Assembly: GCA_028285945.1 (NCBI GenBank)
Contig: JAPYNE010000009.1
Coordinates: 19,585-83,584, forward strand
Length of the DNA: 64,000 nucleotides
Source of the DNA: Gammaproteobacteria bacterium
GTDB lineage: Bacteria; Pseudomonadota; Gammaproteobacteria; Steroidobacterales; Foliamicaceae
Direction: 5' to 3'
Shown: positions 38,119 to 46,459 of the stretch, piece by piece
Layout: each line of letters begins with the position of its first letter
Numbering within the stretch: position 1 is the stretch's first letter
Position numbers and translations under genes: made by a program
Notes under the pieces: model-generated
What the model saw: only the letters and a program-made list of their open reading frames with translations
Database searches by the model: none
What the model was told of the DNA's origin: nothing

Positions 38119-39030
38119 ATGGGCCGCCCGCATATCGAACCGTACGTAGAAACCGACGTTCCCTTCCGGCGCATGACCCTGCCTGGCTTCGGCAAGGGCA
38201 TGCACTACAAAGTGCTGAGCCTCGACAGCGACACCGGCGCCTGCTCGCTGGTGGTGAAGTTCGAGTCCGGCTATTCGCTGCCTCCGGGCATGAGCTACAC
38301 CGAAATGGAGCTCTACGTTGCCGAAGGCAGCCTCAAAGTTGGCGACAAGACCTTCGAGACCGGCCACTACCTGTGGCTGCCCCCCGGCGTTTCAATGCCT
38401 GCCATCAGCGCTCCCAACGGCGCGCGCTGCCTGATGTTCTACAACCACGGCGAGCCGAGTTTCGTGGAGTCCGACGAGGACCATCCGCGCGCCGAGCGCC
38501 ACAAGCTGGTGAGCGTTAACGCGCTGGAGGACATCGCTTGGGGGCCGGCCAATGTGTCGCCGGCGGTGGCGCCGGGCTGCTTCGTGAAGGTGCTTAAATT
38601 CGACCCGCTCACCCACGGGTTCACTTTCCTCTACTGCATGACGGCCAGTTTCTGGCAGGACAACATTTCCTACCACGATTGCATGGAAGAGGGCTATCAC
38701 ATCTGGGGCACTTCCTGGATGATGCAGTTCGGCCAGCTGCCCACCGGCGGCTATTTCTGGCGCCCGCCATGGATCAACCACGGCGCGTTCCAGAGCACTT
38801 ACGGCTGTATCGCCATCGGGCGCACGGACTCGCAGTTGCACAACTACTTCCACTTCAATCCGTGGACCACGCCCGAGGAGAACCAGGAGCGCGCCGCGGC
38901 CCAGCTGTACCGCCAGAAGCGCAACCTTTACGAGTGGGTCCGCGCCCAGGACGGCCACAACCACCCGCACGACTTCGAGCACCCGCACTACCGCGACCAC
39001 ATCCACCACGACGGCCACGACCACGACTGA
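38119..39030 (+). CDS. cupin-like protein with a histidine-rich C-terminal tail
   Basis: 303 aa. The tail HNHPHDFEHPHYRDHIHHDGHDHD has 10 His in the last 24 residues. The body has beta-rich, cupin-like segments; the family is not certain. Confidence 0.55.
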   Translation: MGRPHIEPYVETDVPFRRMTLPGFGKGMHYKVLSLDSDTGACSLVVKFESGYSLPPGMSYTEMELYVAEGSLKVGDKTFETGHYLWLPPGVSMPAISAPNGARCLMFYNHGEPSFVESDEDHPRAERHKLVSVNALEDIAWGPANVSPAVAPGCFVKVLKFDPLTHGFTFLYCMTASFWQDNISYHDCMEEGYHIWGTSWMMQFGQLPTGGYFWRPPWINHGAFQSTYGCIAIGRTDSQLHNYFHFNPWTTPEENQERAAAQLYRQKRNLYEWVRAQDGHNHPHDFEHPHYRDHIHHDGHDHD

Positions 39031-39273
39031 TCCCGCCCGCTCCCGGTAGGCCTTGGGCTGAAACGGTCATAATCTCGGCCCTGAGACCGGCAAGCCTGCT
39101 TGGGTTTGTGTCTCTCCTGCTGATGTCGGCAATGCACACTACGATTGTTTGGAGCAGCCAGACTGCACGTTTTCTCTGCACAACGGTCGATTCGACTACT
39201 CCGCCATGCAAGAAATCGGCTCTCGACCGCCCGTAGAAGCAGTCGCAGCCACAAAGAACAGAGGAGGCCTTGA

Positions 39274-40806
39274 ATGATCCTAGGCGACGCGCTTGAACGG
39301 CTCCTGCAAGACGTAACAGCGCCCTTTGTTACTGAGTTATTCCTCTACCTGCTGCTCAGCTTGTTTGTTACGGCGCTATGGTGCCTTCGGAAGAACCGTG
39401 CCGTGCGCTTCACAAGCTGGGCTCCCACGCTGCTTACCTCGGTTGGCATTCTTGGTACTTTCGTGGGTGTCGTAGTGGGGTTGCTTGACTTCGACCCCAA
39501 TCCAAATCGTCTTGCGGAGAGCACCGGGGAATTGCTCGAGGGCTTGAAGACGGCTTTCGTGAGCAGCATAGCCGGCATGTTTGGCGGCGTTCTGTTCCGC
39601 CTTGTCTCCTTTGCCTCGTGGATGCAGCCCGAGCAACAAGAGCATTCCGACAACGTGAGTTCGGGTGACATCCTCCGTGCTTTGCGCGATCAGTCGCAGC
39701 TTCTCGAAGCGGTGCGAGATGTAATTGGCGGCACCGAAGAGTCTAGCTTGGCAGGGCAGATCAAGCTGTTTCGCACCGACATGGCGGACATGCACCGCGA
39801 GAATCGAACAGCGAGAGCCGAGTTGCTCGCCGATCTTCGCACACGGCTCGACAAATTCGCCGATCAGCTTTCGAAGTCCGCCACAGAGCAAGTGATTCAG
39901 GCGCTTGAGCAGGTGATCCGGCAGTTCAACGAGAACCTGACCGAACAGTTCGGCGATAACTTTAAGGCACTGAACACTTCGGTTCAGAAACTCGTTGAAT
40001 GGCAGGAAAAGTACCGCGAACAACTTCAGCAGCTGCACCAGCTTTACGAGCAATCGGCAAAATCAATTACCACTATCGAAGCGGCTACTGCGAAAGTGGC
40101 CGAATCATCGGCCTCAATTCCAGACTCTATGGCAGGTTTGACCACCATCATGCAAACCGCCAATCATCAAGTCACTGAGTTGGAGCGGCATCTCGAAGCA
40201 TTCCAAGAGCTTCGCAACCATGCGATTGAAGCGCTCCCACAGGTACGGGAGCATGTGAAGAAGGCGACCGATGGCATGTCTGCAATGGTTACTTCTCTTG
40301 GGGAGCAGCAAAGGGAACTGCTGAGCCAGTCGGAGAGTTACGCGCAGCAGCAAAGCCAGTTGGCGCTTCAGCTGCTTGAATCCCAGAGGGAGGCTGTCAA
40401 GCAAGCTGAGAATTCGTTCGCTGAGGCTGGCAATGCGATTCAGAGTGCTGCGAGCGAGGCGCAAAAGCGGGTTGCGGAAACCAGCCAGAAAGCCAGCGAT
40501 GCCATGCAAGGCGCACTGAACGGCATTGTCGAAACCCAAGAGCGGGTAACGAAGGAATCGATGGAAAGTCTTGTGTCGCAGCTAAGCGAAGCGTCCAGCC
40601 GCACTGCTGAACAAATCAACCGGCAGATGCAGACGCAGTCTGAAGCAATGGGTAAGGAAGTCGAGCGCGTCTTACAGGAGTTGGGTCAGTACCTTGGCCA
40701 GATTTCTGGCAAGTTTGTTGAGGACTATAAGAAGTACGCAGAGGCCATGGAAAACTTTGTGAGGGAGACAAGGTCCCCATACGGTAGGTCGCCTAACAAC
40801 CCATGA
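39274..40806 (+). CDS. zorA: MotA/ExbB-like membrane protein with a ~390-aa coiled-coil tail (ZorA-like)
   Basis: RBS GAGGAGG. Three N-terminal TM helices including the MotA/ExbB-type GLKTAFVSSIAGMFGGVLF, then a long Q/E/L-rich heptad region to the C-terminus. Confidence 0.7.
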   Translation: MILGDALERLLQDVTAPFVTELFLYLLLSLFVTALWCLRKNRAVRFTSWAPTLLTSVGILGTFVGVVVGLLDFDPNPNRLAESTGELLEGLKTAFVSSIAGMFGGVLFRLVSFASWMQPEQQEHSDNVSSGDILRALRDQSQLLEAVRDVIGGTEESSLAGQIKLFRTDMADMHRENRTARAELLADLRTRLDKFADQLSKSATEQVIQALEQVIRQFNENLTEQFGDNFKALNTSVQKLVEWQEKYREQLQQLHQLYEQSAKSITTIEAATAKVAESSASIPDSMAGLTTIMQTANHQVTELERHLEAFQELRNHAIEALPQVREHVKKATDGMSAMVTSLGEQQRELLSQSESYAQQQSQLALQLLESQREAVKQAENSFAEAGNAIQSAASEAQKRVAETSQKASDAMQGALNGIVETQERVTKESMESLVSQLSEASSRTAEQINRQMQTQSEAMGKEVERVLQELGQYLGQISGKFVEDYKKYAEAMENFVRETRSPYGRSPNNP

Positions 40807-41492
40807 TGGCGAATATGGAGCGATTTATCGGGCCTCGCGGTCGCGGTGAGGGTGAGCATTGGCTTACCGTGTCCGACCTGATGGCGGGCCTGATGATGGT
40901 GTTTTTGTTCATTGCTGTTTCGCTTATGCGCAGTGCATTCGAGGTGGCGGTGGACTATAGAGATAGTCGTATGGCAATCAACGATGCTCTGGAGAAGGAA
41001 TTCCGGGACGACTTGGAAAGATGGGATGCTGATATCAATACAGATCGCCTTTCCTTCGAATTCACGGGTCCTGATGTGCTTTTTGAGGCTGGCAGTGAAG
41101 TTATGAGGCCGCGCTTCGAGGAAATTCTGGAGGACTTCTTTCCTCGGTATGTCAAAACGCTCTCTGAGTTCCTGGATTCCATTGAGGAGATACGGGTGGA
41201 AGGCCATACTTCCAGCGAATGGCGTAATCTGCCGCCCGAGGAGGCGTACTTCAACAACATGCGGCTATCTCAGGGCCGGACGCGCTCCGTGCTTCGTCAT
41301 GTTGTGGAGCTGCCTGAAGTTTTCAAACATCGCGATTGGATCAAGAGGCACATGGTGGCCGTGGGGTATTCGTCCTCACAGCTCAAGACGACCCCCGGAT
41401 CAAACCAAGAGGAAAAGGACGCCTCGCGCCGTGTGGAGTTTCGGGTCTTGACGAATGCGGATACCCAGATTCGCAGAATCATCGAGCAATGA
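40803..41492 (+). CDS. zorB: MotB/OmpA-like stator partner (ZorB-like)
   Basis: ATGA overlap with zorA. TM with the conserved Asp (WLTVSDLMAGLMMVFLFIAV). OmpA-like C-domain: RVEGHTSS...NMRLSQGRTRSV...AVGYSSSQ...ASRRVEFRV. Confidence 0.75.
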   Translation: MMANMERFIGPRGRGEGEHWLTVSDLMAGLMMVFLFIAVSLMRSAFEVAVDYRDSRMAINDALEKEFRDDLERWDADINTDRLSFEFTGPDVLFEAGSEVMRPRFEEILEDFFPRYVKTLSEFLDSIEEIRVEGHTSSEWRNLPPEEAYFNNMRLSQGRTRSVLRHVVELPEVFKHRDWIKRHMVAVGYSSSQLKTTPGSNQEEKDASRRVEFRVLTNADTQIRRIIEQ

Positions 41493-42676
41493 GACCGGAA
41501 GTGCGGCTTGAAGTGGATTTGTCTCCGCTGCGTGATGCAGTACGCCGCATGGGAGCACACCGCCATGACGTGAAGCCAGTCGTACGTCGCAATCCCGCGC
41601 CACTGGCACCCATCGATATTCAGCTGGATGAGGGAATTGAACTATCAACGGATGAGGTTCATTTTTCGAGTGGGCTTGTCAGCCATAAGGGGCATCAGGT
41701 TTTGCTTTACATCCAAGATCATGGAACGAAAGTAGAAGATGTGCTGGAAGACGGAAGCCGAGGTAATAAGTTTCACCTTGCCAATTGCGTAACGCTGCAA
41801 AATATGCGGAGCAAGAACAGATTCGGTCGCTATGTCGTGACCAACAGGTTGGACGGTCATTTCTATATTACCGGTCGGGATCGTGAAACCGGAAAACATG
41901 TTGAAAGCAAGAAAGCGCGGCTTGACGTGTGCAAGAACTGCCTCTCTTACTTGAATTACGAAGGGTATGAAAGCGCAAAGGAGTCGGGTTATGCGAGCTA
42001 TGAAAAACGAACCCAAATCTTCGAACGCTTCGACCTAGCTAGGTTCTTCGAGAACTACAGTTCATTTTTTGCTCATATGCCGAGGCGCTTTTCGGGAGAG
42101 TTTGACGGCGATTACACTGGAGATTGGGCGGAAGTATCGAAAAGAGTCAGGCGTGACCTCGATTTTGTTTGCGAAATCTGCCGGACCAGCCTCAAGGACG
42201 AACCCCGTCTTTGCCACACGCATCACAGGAACGGTGTGAAGACAGACAACAGGCCATCCAATCTGCAGGTCCTATGCGCTGACTGTCACCGGAAGCAGCC
42301 TATGCATGAGCACATGCATGTTTTGCACAAGGACATGCGCAAGCTCGCGGAGCTGCGGCGAGAGCAGGGAACCAACAGGGTGTGTAGTCGGGATGAAGTA
42401 TTCAAGTTATCCGACCCCGGCGTGCATGGAGCGTTTCATTACATTTGCCCCGAATTCGGCTTGCCTGAGGTTGGATATTTCTTTTCCGTTGGCGGCGGGC
42501 AAGACTGCTATTTGGAGCTAGCATGGCCTAACAAAAATTACGGAATATGTATTTCCGAGGAAGCTAGGCGGCAAGCACAACTGAAACTGATCGATTGGAA
42601 GGTGGAATTGCCCAATGAGATTACTGCACGGGAAGACGACTTACGCCATCGGAACCAAACACGCGGCAGGCACTGA
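41489..42676 (+). CDS. zorE: HNH endonuclease-domain effector (ZorE-like)
   Basis: ATGA overlap with zorB. HNH motif FVCEICRTSL...LCHTHHRNGVKTDNRPSNLQVLCADCHRKQ. Start moved from the ORF-track 41336 to ATG 41489. Confidence 0.7.
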   Translation: MRPEVRLEVDLSPLRDAVRRMGAHRHDVKPVVRRNPAPLAPIDIQLDEGIELSTDEVHFSSGLVSHKGHQVLLYIQDHGTKVEDVLEDGSRGNKFHLANCVTLQNMRSKNRFGRYVVTNRLDGHFYITGRDRETGKHVESKKARLDVCKNCLSYLNYEGYESAKESGYASYEKRTQIFERFDLARFFENYSSFFAHMPRRFSGEFDGDYTGDWAEVSKRVRRDLDFVCEICRTSLKDEPRLCHTHHRNGVKTDNRPSNLQVLCADCHRKQPMHEHMHVLHKDMRKLAELRREQGTNRVCSRDEVFKLSDPGVHGAFHYICPEFGLPEVGYFFSVGGGQDCYLELAWPNKNYGICISEEARRQAQLKLIDWKVELPNEITAREDDLRHRNQTRGRH

Positions 42677-42695
42677 GCCGGGAGACGGGTACCGA

Positions 42696-42743
42696 GAGGA
42701 TGAAGTGCATCCTCGGGCAGAACCACAATTTCCCAAATTGTGG
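42696..42743 (+). terminator. two tandem hairpins downstream of the HNH gene
   Basis: GAGGATG/CATCCTC (42696-42714) and CCACAATTT/AAATTGTGG (42723-42743), both perfect stems. No strong T-tract. Confidence 0.35.
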
Positions 42744-42834
42744 TCGCTGCGTATTTGGAAGGCCCAATCCAAAGCGAGCTTCTCCGATTGAGGTGAATGA
42801 ACGGGAAGAGCTCGTGCCGGAGCCTGCGTTTTCC

Positions 42835-43119
42835 TTAACGGTCGGTTTGCACCAGCCCTATTGTTAGCCGTGTTCCGGTTGCTTGGGCGTAGCGCCGCAG
42901 GGTTGCGAAGGATGGCGAAACCTTGCCGCCCTCCAAGCGGGCGATGGCGGACTGGGTGGTGCCAATTCGCCGGGCTAGTTCCGCCTGCGTCAGATTCGCG
43001 GCCGCCCGCGCCCGAACGAGAGCCTCGACCAGCGCGAACTCCTCGTCGGCGCGCGCGTACTCCTCGCGAAAGGCCGGATCCTGCATGAACCGGTCTTTTA
43101 GCTCTTTCAGTCTGGTCAT
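42835..43119 (-). CDS. higA: XRE-family HTH antitoxin (HigA-like)
   Basis: MTRLKELKDRFMQDPAFREEY...LTQAELARRIGTTQSAIARLEGGK. The start at 43117-43119 overlaps the toxin stop (ATGA). Confidence 0.8.
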   Translation of the reverse strand: MTRLKELKDRFMQDPAFREEYARADEEFALVEALVRARAAANLTQAELARRIGTTQSAIARLEGGKVSPSFATLRRYAQATGTRLTIGLVQTDR

Positions 43120-43430
43120 GTCGTCACCTGTCTCATTCGCTCCATGGCGGTCGCCAGCGCACGGCGCGGCGTCTTGCGCGTTTTCTTCGCAAACACATGC
43201 AGCACCACCAGCCTTCTTCCCGCCATCGTCAAGTGGATTCCGCGAGCTACGCCCTCCTTGGCTTTTACTCGAAGCTCCCACAGCTTGCCTTCGAGATGCC
43301 GCCCATGCGGCGCACGAAGCGCTTCCAGCCCAACGTTTTCCACAGCCTCTAGCAGCCGGGCGCGCAAAGCGGGGGGAAGCGCCTGAATTTCTGCATCGGC
43401 TGCCGAAAACGTCTCAACCTTCCATGGCAT
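43116..43430 (-). CDS. higB: RelE/ParE-superfamily toxin (HigB / Gp49-like)
   Basis: 104 aa: ...GKLWELRVKAKEGVARGIHLTMAGRRLVVLHVFAKKTRKTP, typical of Gp49/HigB-type toxins located upstream of their antitoxin. Confidence 0.75.
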   Translation of the reverse strand: MPWKVETFSAADAEIQALPPALRARLLEAVENVGLEALRAPHGRHLEGKLWELRVKAKEGVARGIHLTMAGRRLVVLHVFAKKTRKTPRRALATAMERMRQVTT

Positions 43431-43439
43431 TTCCGATTT

Positions 43440-43455
43440 ATAGCGTATCCGCTAT
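43440..43455. promoter_or_regulatory. palindrome upstream of higB (candidate operator)
   Basis: ATAGCGtatcCGCTAT lies 10 nt 5' of the higB start codon. Confidence 0.35.
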
Positions 43456-43729
43456 GCGGGGTCAACCATTCGCACGACTCAGCGCTTCGGCGTTAACGCT
43501 CAAGCGGCTAAGCGATTCCGCTTCTTTTGCCAGCTTCCTCCGCTGTAATCCCGGCAGCGCCGGCCGGACAGGAAATCGAGACGCTGGATTGCATCGCCGA
43601 TGCCGGGAGCGCCGCTTCCGCGGAGAGCGTGTTGGAGCAATTCGAGAAGCCGCCAAGAGGGATCAGTCGCTAACCCGCTTGAGAGGAAATCGGATAGGCT
43701 AGGGCGCTGATGCCGAACAAGGACAACCC

Positions 43730-44281
43730 ATGAGAATCAACAATCACCGATGGGCGGCGCTGGCGGTTGCTGCGCTGATTCTGGCGGGCTGCGGGCCTTC
43801 GGAGGAAGAGAAGCTCGTAGATGCTTGTACCGCGAAGTCGGTAGGGATGAAGGCGACCGTGCTGCCACTGCACTGGGCGATAGGGGACGGCAACGTGGAT
43901 TCTGTGCGGGCGCTGATTGAAGCGGGGGCTGACGTGAATGCGAAGGACGTTAGAGGAGCAACGGCGCTTCACCAGGCGGCGTATGGAAACAATGCGGCGG
44001 TAGCGGCGCTCTTGATTGAAGCGGGGGCTGACGTGAATGCGAAGAACGTTAGGGGAGCAACGGCGCTTCACCAGGCGGCGTATGGAAACAATGTGGCGGT
44101 AGCGGCGCTCTTGATTGAAGCGGGGGCTGACGTGAATGCTGTTGCGACGTTGGGGGCATCCCGAACGCGGGAACTGGCGATACGAGGATGGCGAGGAACG
44201 CCGCTGGAACTGGCGGCGGTGAGAGGCCATGCGGAGGTAGAGAAGCTGCTTCGGGAAGCGGCCGCGCCGGCGGTGGGATAA
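43730..44281 (+). CDS. ankyrin-repeat lipoprotein
   Basis: Lipobox LAVAALILAGC. Repeated LIEAGADVNAK.VRGATALHQAAYGNN.AVAALL ankyrin units. Confidence 0.8.
   Translation: MRINNHRWAALAVAALILAGCGPSEEEKLVDACTAKSVGMKATVLPLHWAIGDGNVDSVRALIEAGADVNAKDVRGATALHQAAYGNNAAVAALLIEAGADVNAKNVRGATALHQAAYGNNVAVAALLIEAGADVNAVATLGASRTRELAIRGWRGTPLELAAVRGHAEVEKLLREAAAPAVG
43913..44139 (+). repeat. 99-bp tandem repeat (2.3 copies) inside the ankyrin gene
   Basis: Units 43913-44011 and 44012-44110 differ at about 4 positions. A third, partial unit spans 44111-44139. Confidence 0.85.
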
Positions 44282-44364
44282 CCCGAATGCTTTCCCGAAA
44301 AGGGATCTCTCTATCTGGATCTGTTGTGGAAGCCCGAAGGGGATGAAGAGGCCGGGCCCTGAGA

Positions 44365-44904
44365 TTACTCGGGGCTGTAGGGCAGCGATGAATGATGAAG
44401 ATTGATCTTCAGCTTGCCGTCAACAAGGATGTAGCCAAAGCTGTACTCAACTTTTGTTTCGTTGCCGTCCGGGCCTGTGAAGTAGTAGTTGCCCATGGCC
44501 ATGGCGGAGATATCGTTGGTGTAGATGCCGTTGTTCTCCCACCGAACGTGGGTCCAGCCTTTGATCGCGAAGCCTGCGTCCTCTGTTCCTGCCTGCCCGA
44601 TGAAATAGCTTAGAGCCTCTTCGAATGTTTCACGGAACTGATCTTCCGATGCCAAGGTTGGCTTGAACATGACTTTTGCATCGCCGTAGGCGTAAAGGTT
44701 ATTGATGTGCTCCGTCGCGCGGGCGGCGTAGTCGCCGCCGTCGGCGTGCATTTTGGCGATCGCGACAATGCCCTCGCCCCAGGTTTTCTGCGCGTCAATC
44801 ACAGCCTGCTCGGAGATCGGCTCCGCATTGGCAGACATCGCAATGGCGCCAAGGGCGAGGCCGGAGGCCGCAGTCACAACAGGGCGTGGCTTCTTCTTCG
44901 TCAT
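44365..44904 (-). CDS. secreted NTF2/SnoaL-like protein
   Basis: Signal peptide MTKKKPRPVVTAASGLALGAIAMSANA, then ...QKTWGEGIVAIAK...YAYGDAKVMFKPTLA... The fold assignment is tentative. Confidence 0.5.
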   Translation of the reverse strand: MTKKKPRPVVTAASGLALGAIAMSANAEPISEQAVIDAQKTWGEGIVAIAKMHADGGDYAARATEHINNLYAYGDAKVMFKPTLASEDQFRETFEEALSYFIGQAGTEDAGFAIKGWTHVRWENNGIYTNDISAMAMGNYYFTGPDGNETKVEYSFGYILVDGKLKINLHHSSLPYSPE

Positions 44905-45079
44905 GGGTGTTCTCTTCTTTTATGAAATCGACGGGATGGTGGTCCCGGGGGCAATTTTAAGCAACCGTTTCATGCCGCCGTATCAATAGCCGCGAAAGCC
45001 TCGAAGCGATTGGCGGCGGAACCCCGCCGAGCGATCTGCGCGGCGCCCGAAAATATGGTCCGCTTGACTGCCGCGCGCA

Positions 45080-46459
45080 TCAGCTGCGCTTATTGAAGTT
45101 ATTGCACCGCAGCGCTTTTCCGGCGGGCGTGCCGCTTAATCGCCCGCCGCTGAAAACCACCGCGCCGTTCACGAACGTTTTGTCCACGCGGGCGCTGAAC
45201 CGATGGCCTTCAAGCGGCGACCAGCCGCACTTGTAGAGCAAGCCATTGCTGGATACGGCTTGGCCGCCTTCGGGATCCACCAGGACGCAGTCGGCGAAAT
45301 AGCCTTCGCGCAGAAATCCGCGCTCGGCGATGCCGTAGAGGCGGGCGGGCGCGTGGCAGGCCCCTTCCACAGCGCGCTCCGCCGTGAAGTGGCCTGCGCG
45401 CGCGAGGTCCAGCAGCATCAGCAGCGAATGTTGAACCAGCGGCAGCCCTGCGGGCGCGTTCTCGTAGCCGGCGGATTTTTCCTCTTGAGTGTGCGGCGCA
45501 TGGTCGGTGGCGATGATGCTCAAGCGGCCGTCGCGCAGCGCCTTTCGCAGCGCCGCCCGGTCGGTTGCGGATTTGATCGCCGGGTTGCACTTGATCCGGT
45601 TGCCCAGGCGCTCGTAGTCCCGGTCGTCGAACCACAAATGGTGAACGCACACCTCCGCCGTAATGCTGTCGCGGGCTTCCAGGTCCGCAGCGGGATCGAA
45701 CAATTCAAGCTCCCGCTCGGTGGTCAGATGCAGCACATGCAGTTTGGCACCGTGCTTTTTGGCCAGGCCGACGGCCATGCTTGAGGAGCGGTGGCAGCAT
45801 TCGGCATCGCGGATTTCCGGATGCGTGCGCGGCGGAATCTCGTTCCCATGCTCGCGCTTCGCCCGCTCCAGGTTGCGCTCTATCACCGCGCTATCCTCGC
45901 AGTGCGTGGCGATCAGAACGGGGCAGTTGGCGAAAATCCGCTCCAGCGCCGCCGGATCCTCCACCAGCAGGTTGCCCGTGGACGTGCCCATGAACACCTT
46001 GACTCCGCAGGCTTCGCCGCCTTCCAGGGCCTGAATCTCCGCCAGATTGCTCTCGGTGGCGCCTAGGTAGAAGGCGTGGTTGCCCCAGGCGCGGCCCTTT
46101 GCGGCGGCGTATTTGGCGGCGAGCCGCTCGCGGGTGCTGGTGGCGGGCGAAACGTTGGGCATGTCCATGAAGCTGGTGACGCCGCCGGCCACGGCCGCCG
46201 CCGATTCGCTGGCGATGTTGCCCTTGTGCGTGTGGCCGGGCTCGCGGAAGTGGACCTGGTCGTCGATCAGGCCGGGCAGCAGCCATTTCCCTTCCGCCTC
46301 GATTTCGATGGCGCCCGCGCGCGCCTTGGGCGAGCCGCCGATCTGCTCGATGCGCTCGCCGCGAATCAGCACATCCTGCTCGGAGCGCCTGCCCTCGTTG
46401 ATCAGGGTCGCGCCCCGAATCACCGTGTCGCCACGTTCTTGCGCGGCAGAAGATGTCAT
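45080..46459 (-). CDS. dihydroorotase-like cyclic amidohydrolase
   Basis: Metal-binding motifs GLIDDQVHFREPG and IATDHAPH. 459 aa. Confidence 0.8.
   Translation of the reverse strand: MTSSAAQERGDTVIRGATLINEGRRSEQDVLIRGERIEQIGGSPKARAGAIEIEAEGKWLLPGLIDDQVHFREPGHTHKGNIASESAAAVAGGVTSFMDMPNVSPATSTRERLAAKYAAAKGRAWGNHAFYLGATESNLAEIQALEGGEACGVKVFMGTSTGNLLVEDPAALERIFANCPVLIATHCEDSAVIERNLERAKREHGNEIPPRTHPEIRDAECCHRSSSMAVGLAKKHGAKLHVLHLTTERELELFDPAADLEARDSITAEVCVHHLWFDDRDYERLGNRIKCNPAIKSATDRAALRKALRDGRLSIIATDHAPHTQEEKSAGYENAPAGLPLVQHSLLMLLDLARAGHFTAERAVEGACHAPARLYGIAERGFLREGYFADCVLVDPEGGQAVSSNGLLYKCGWSPLEGHRFSARVDKTFVNGAVVFSGGRLSGTPAGKALRCNNFNKRS

Larger units (their letters stand above)
39035..44950. 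other. AT-richer accessory island 2 (Zorya II-like, higBA, ankyrin lipoprotein, NTF2-like)
   Basis: Composition shift is strongest over 39.27-42.7 kb. The gene content is accessory and the borders are approximate. Confidence 0.5.

Noticed and set aside
39376-40053. 225-aa minus-strand ORF within zorA
   Set aside because: It is antisense to a long coiled-coil coding region, where repetitive codon usage keeps the opposite strand open. It has no RBS or motifs.
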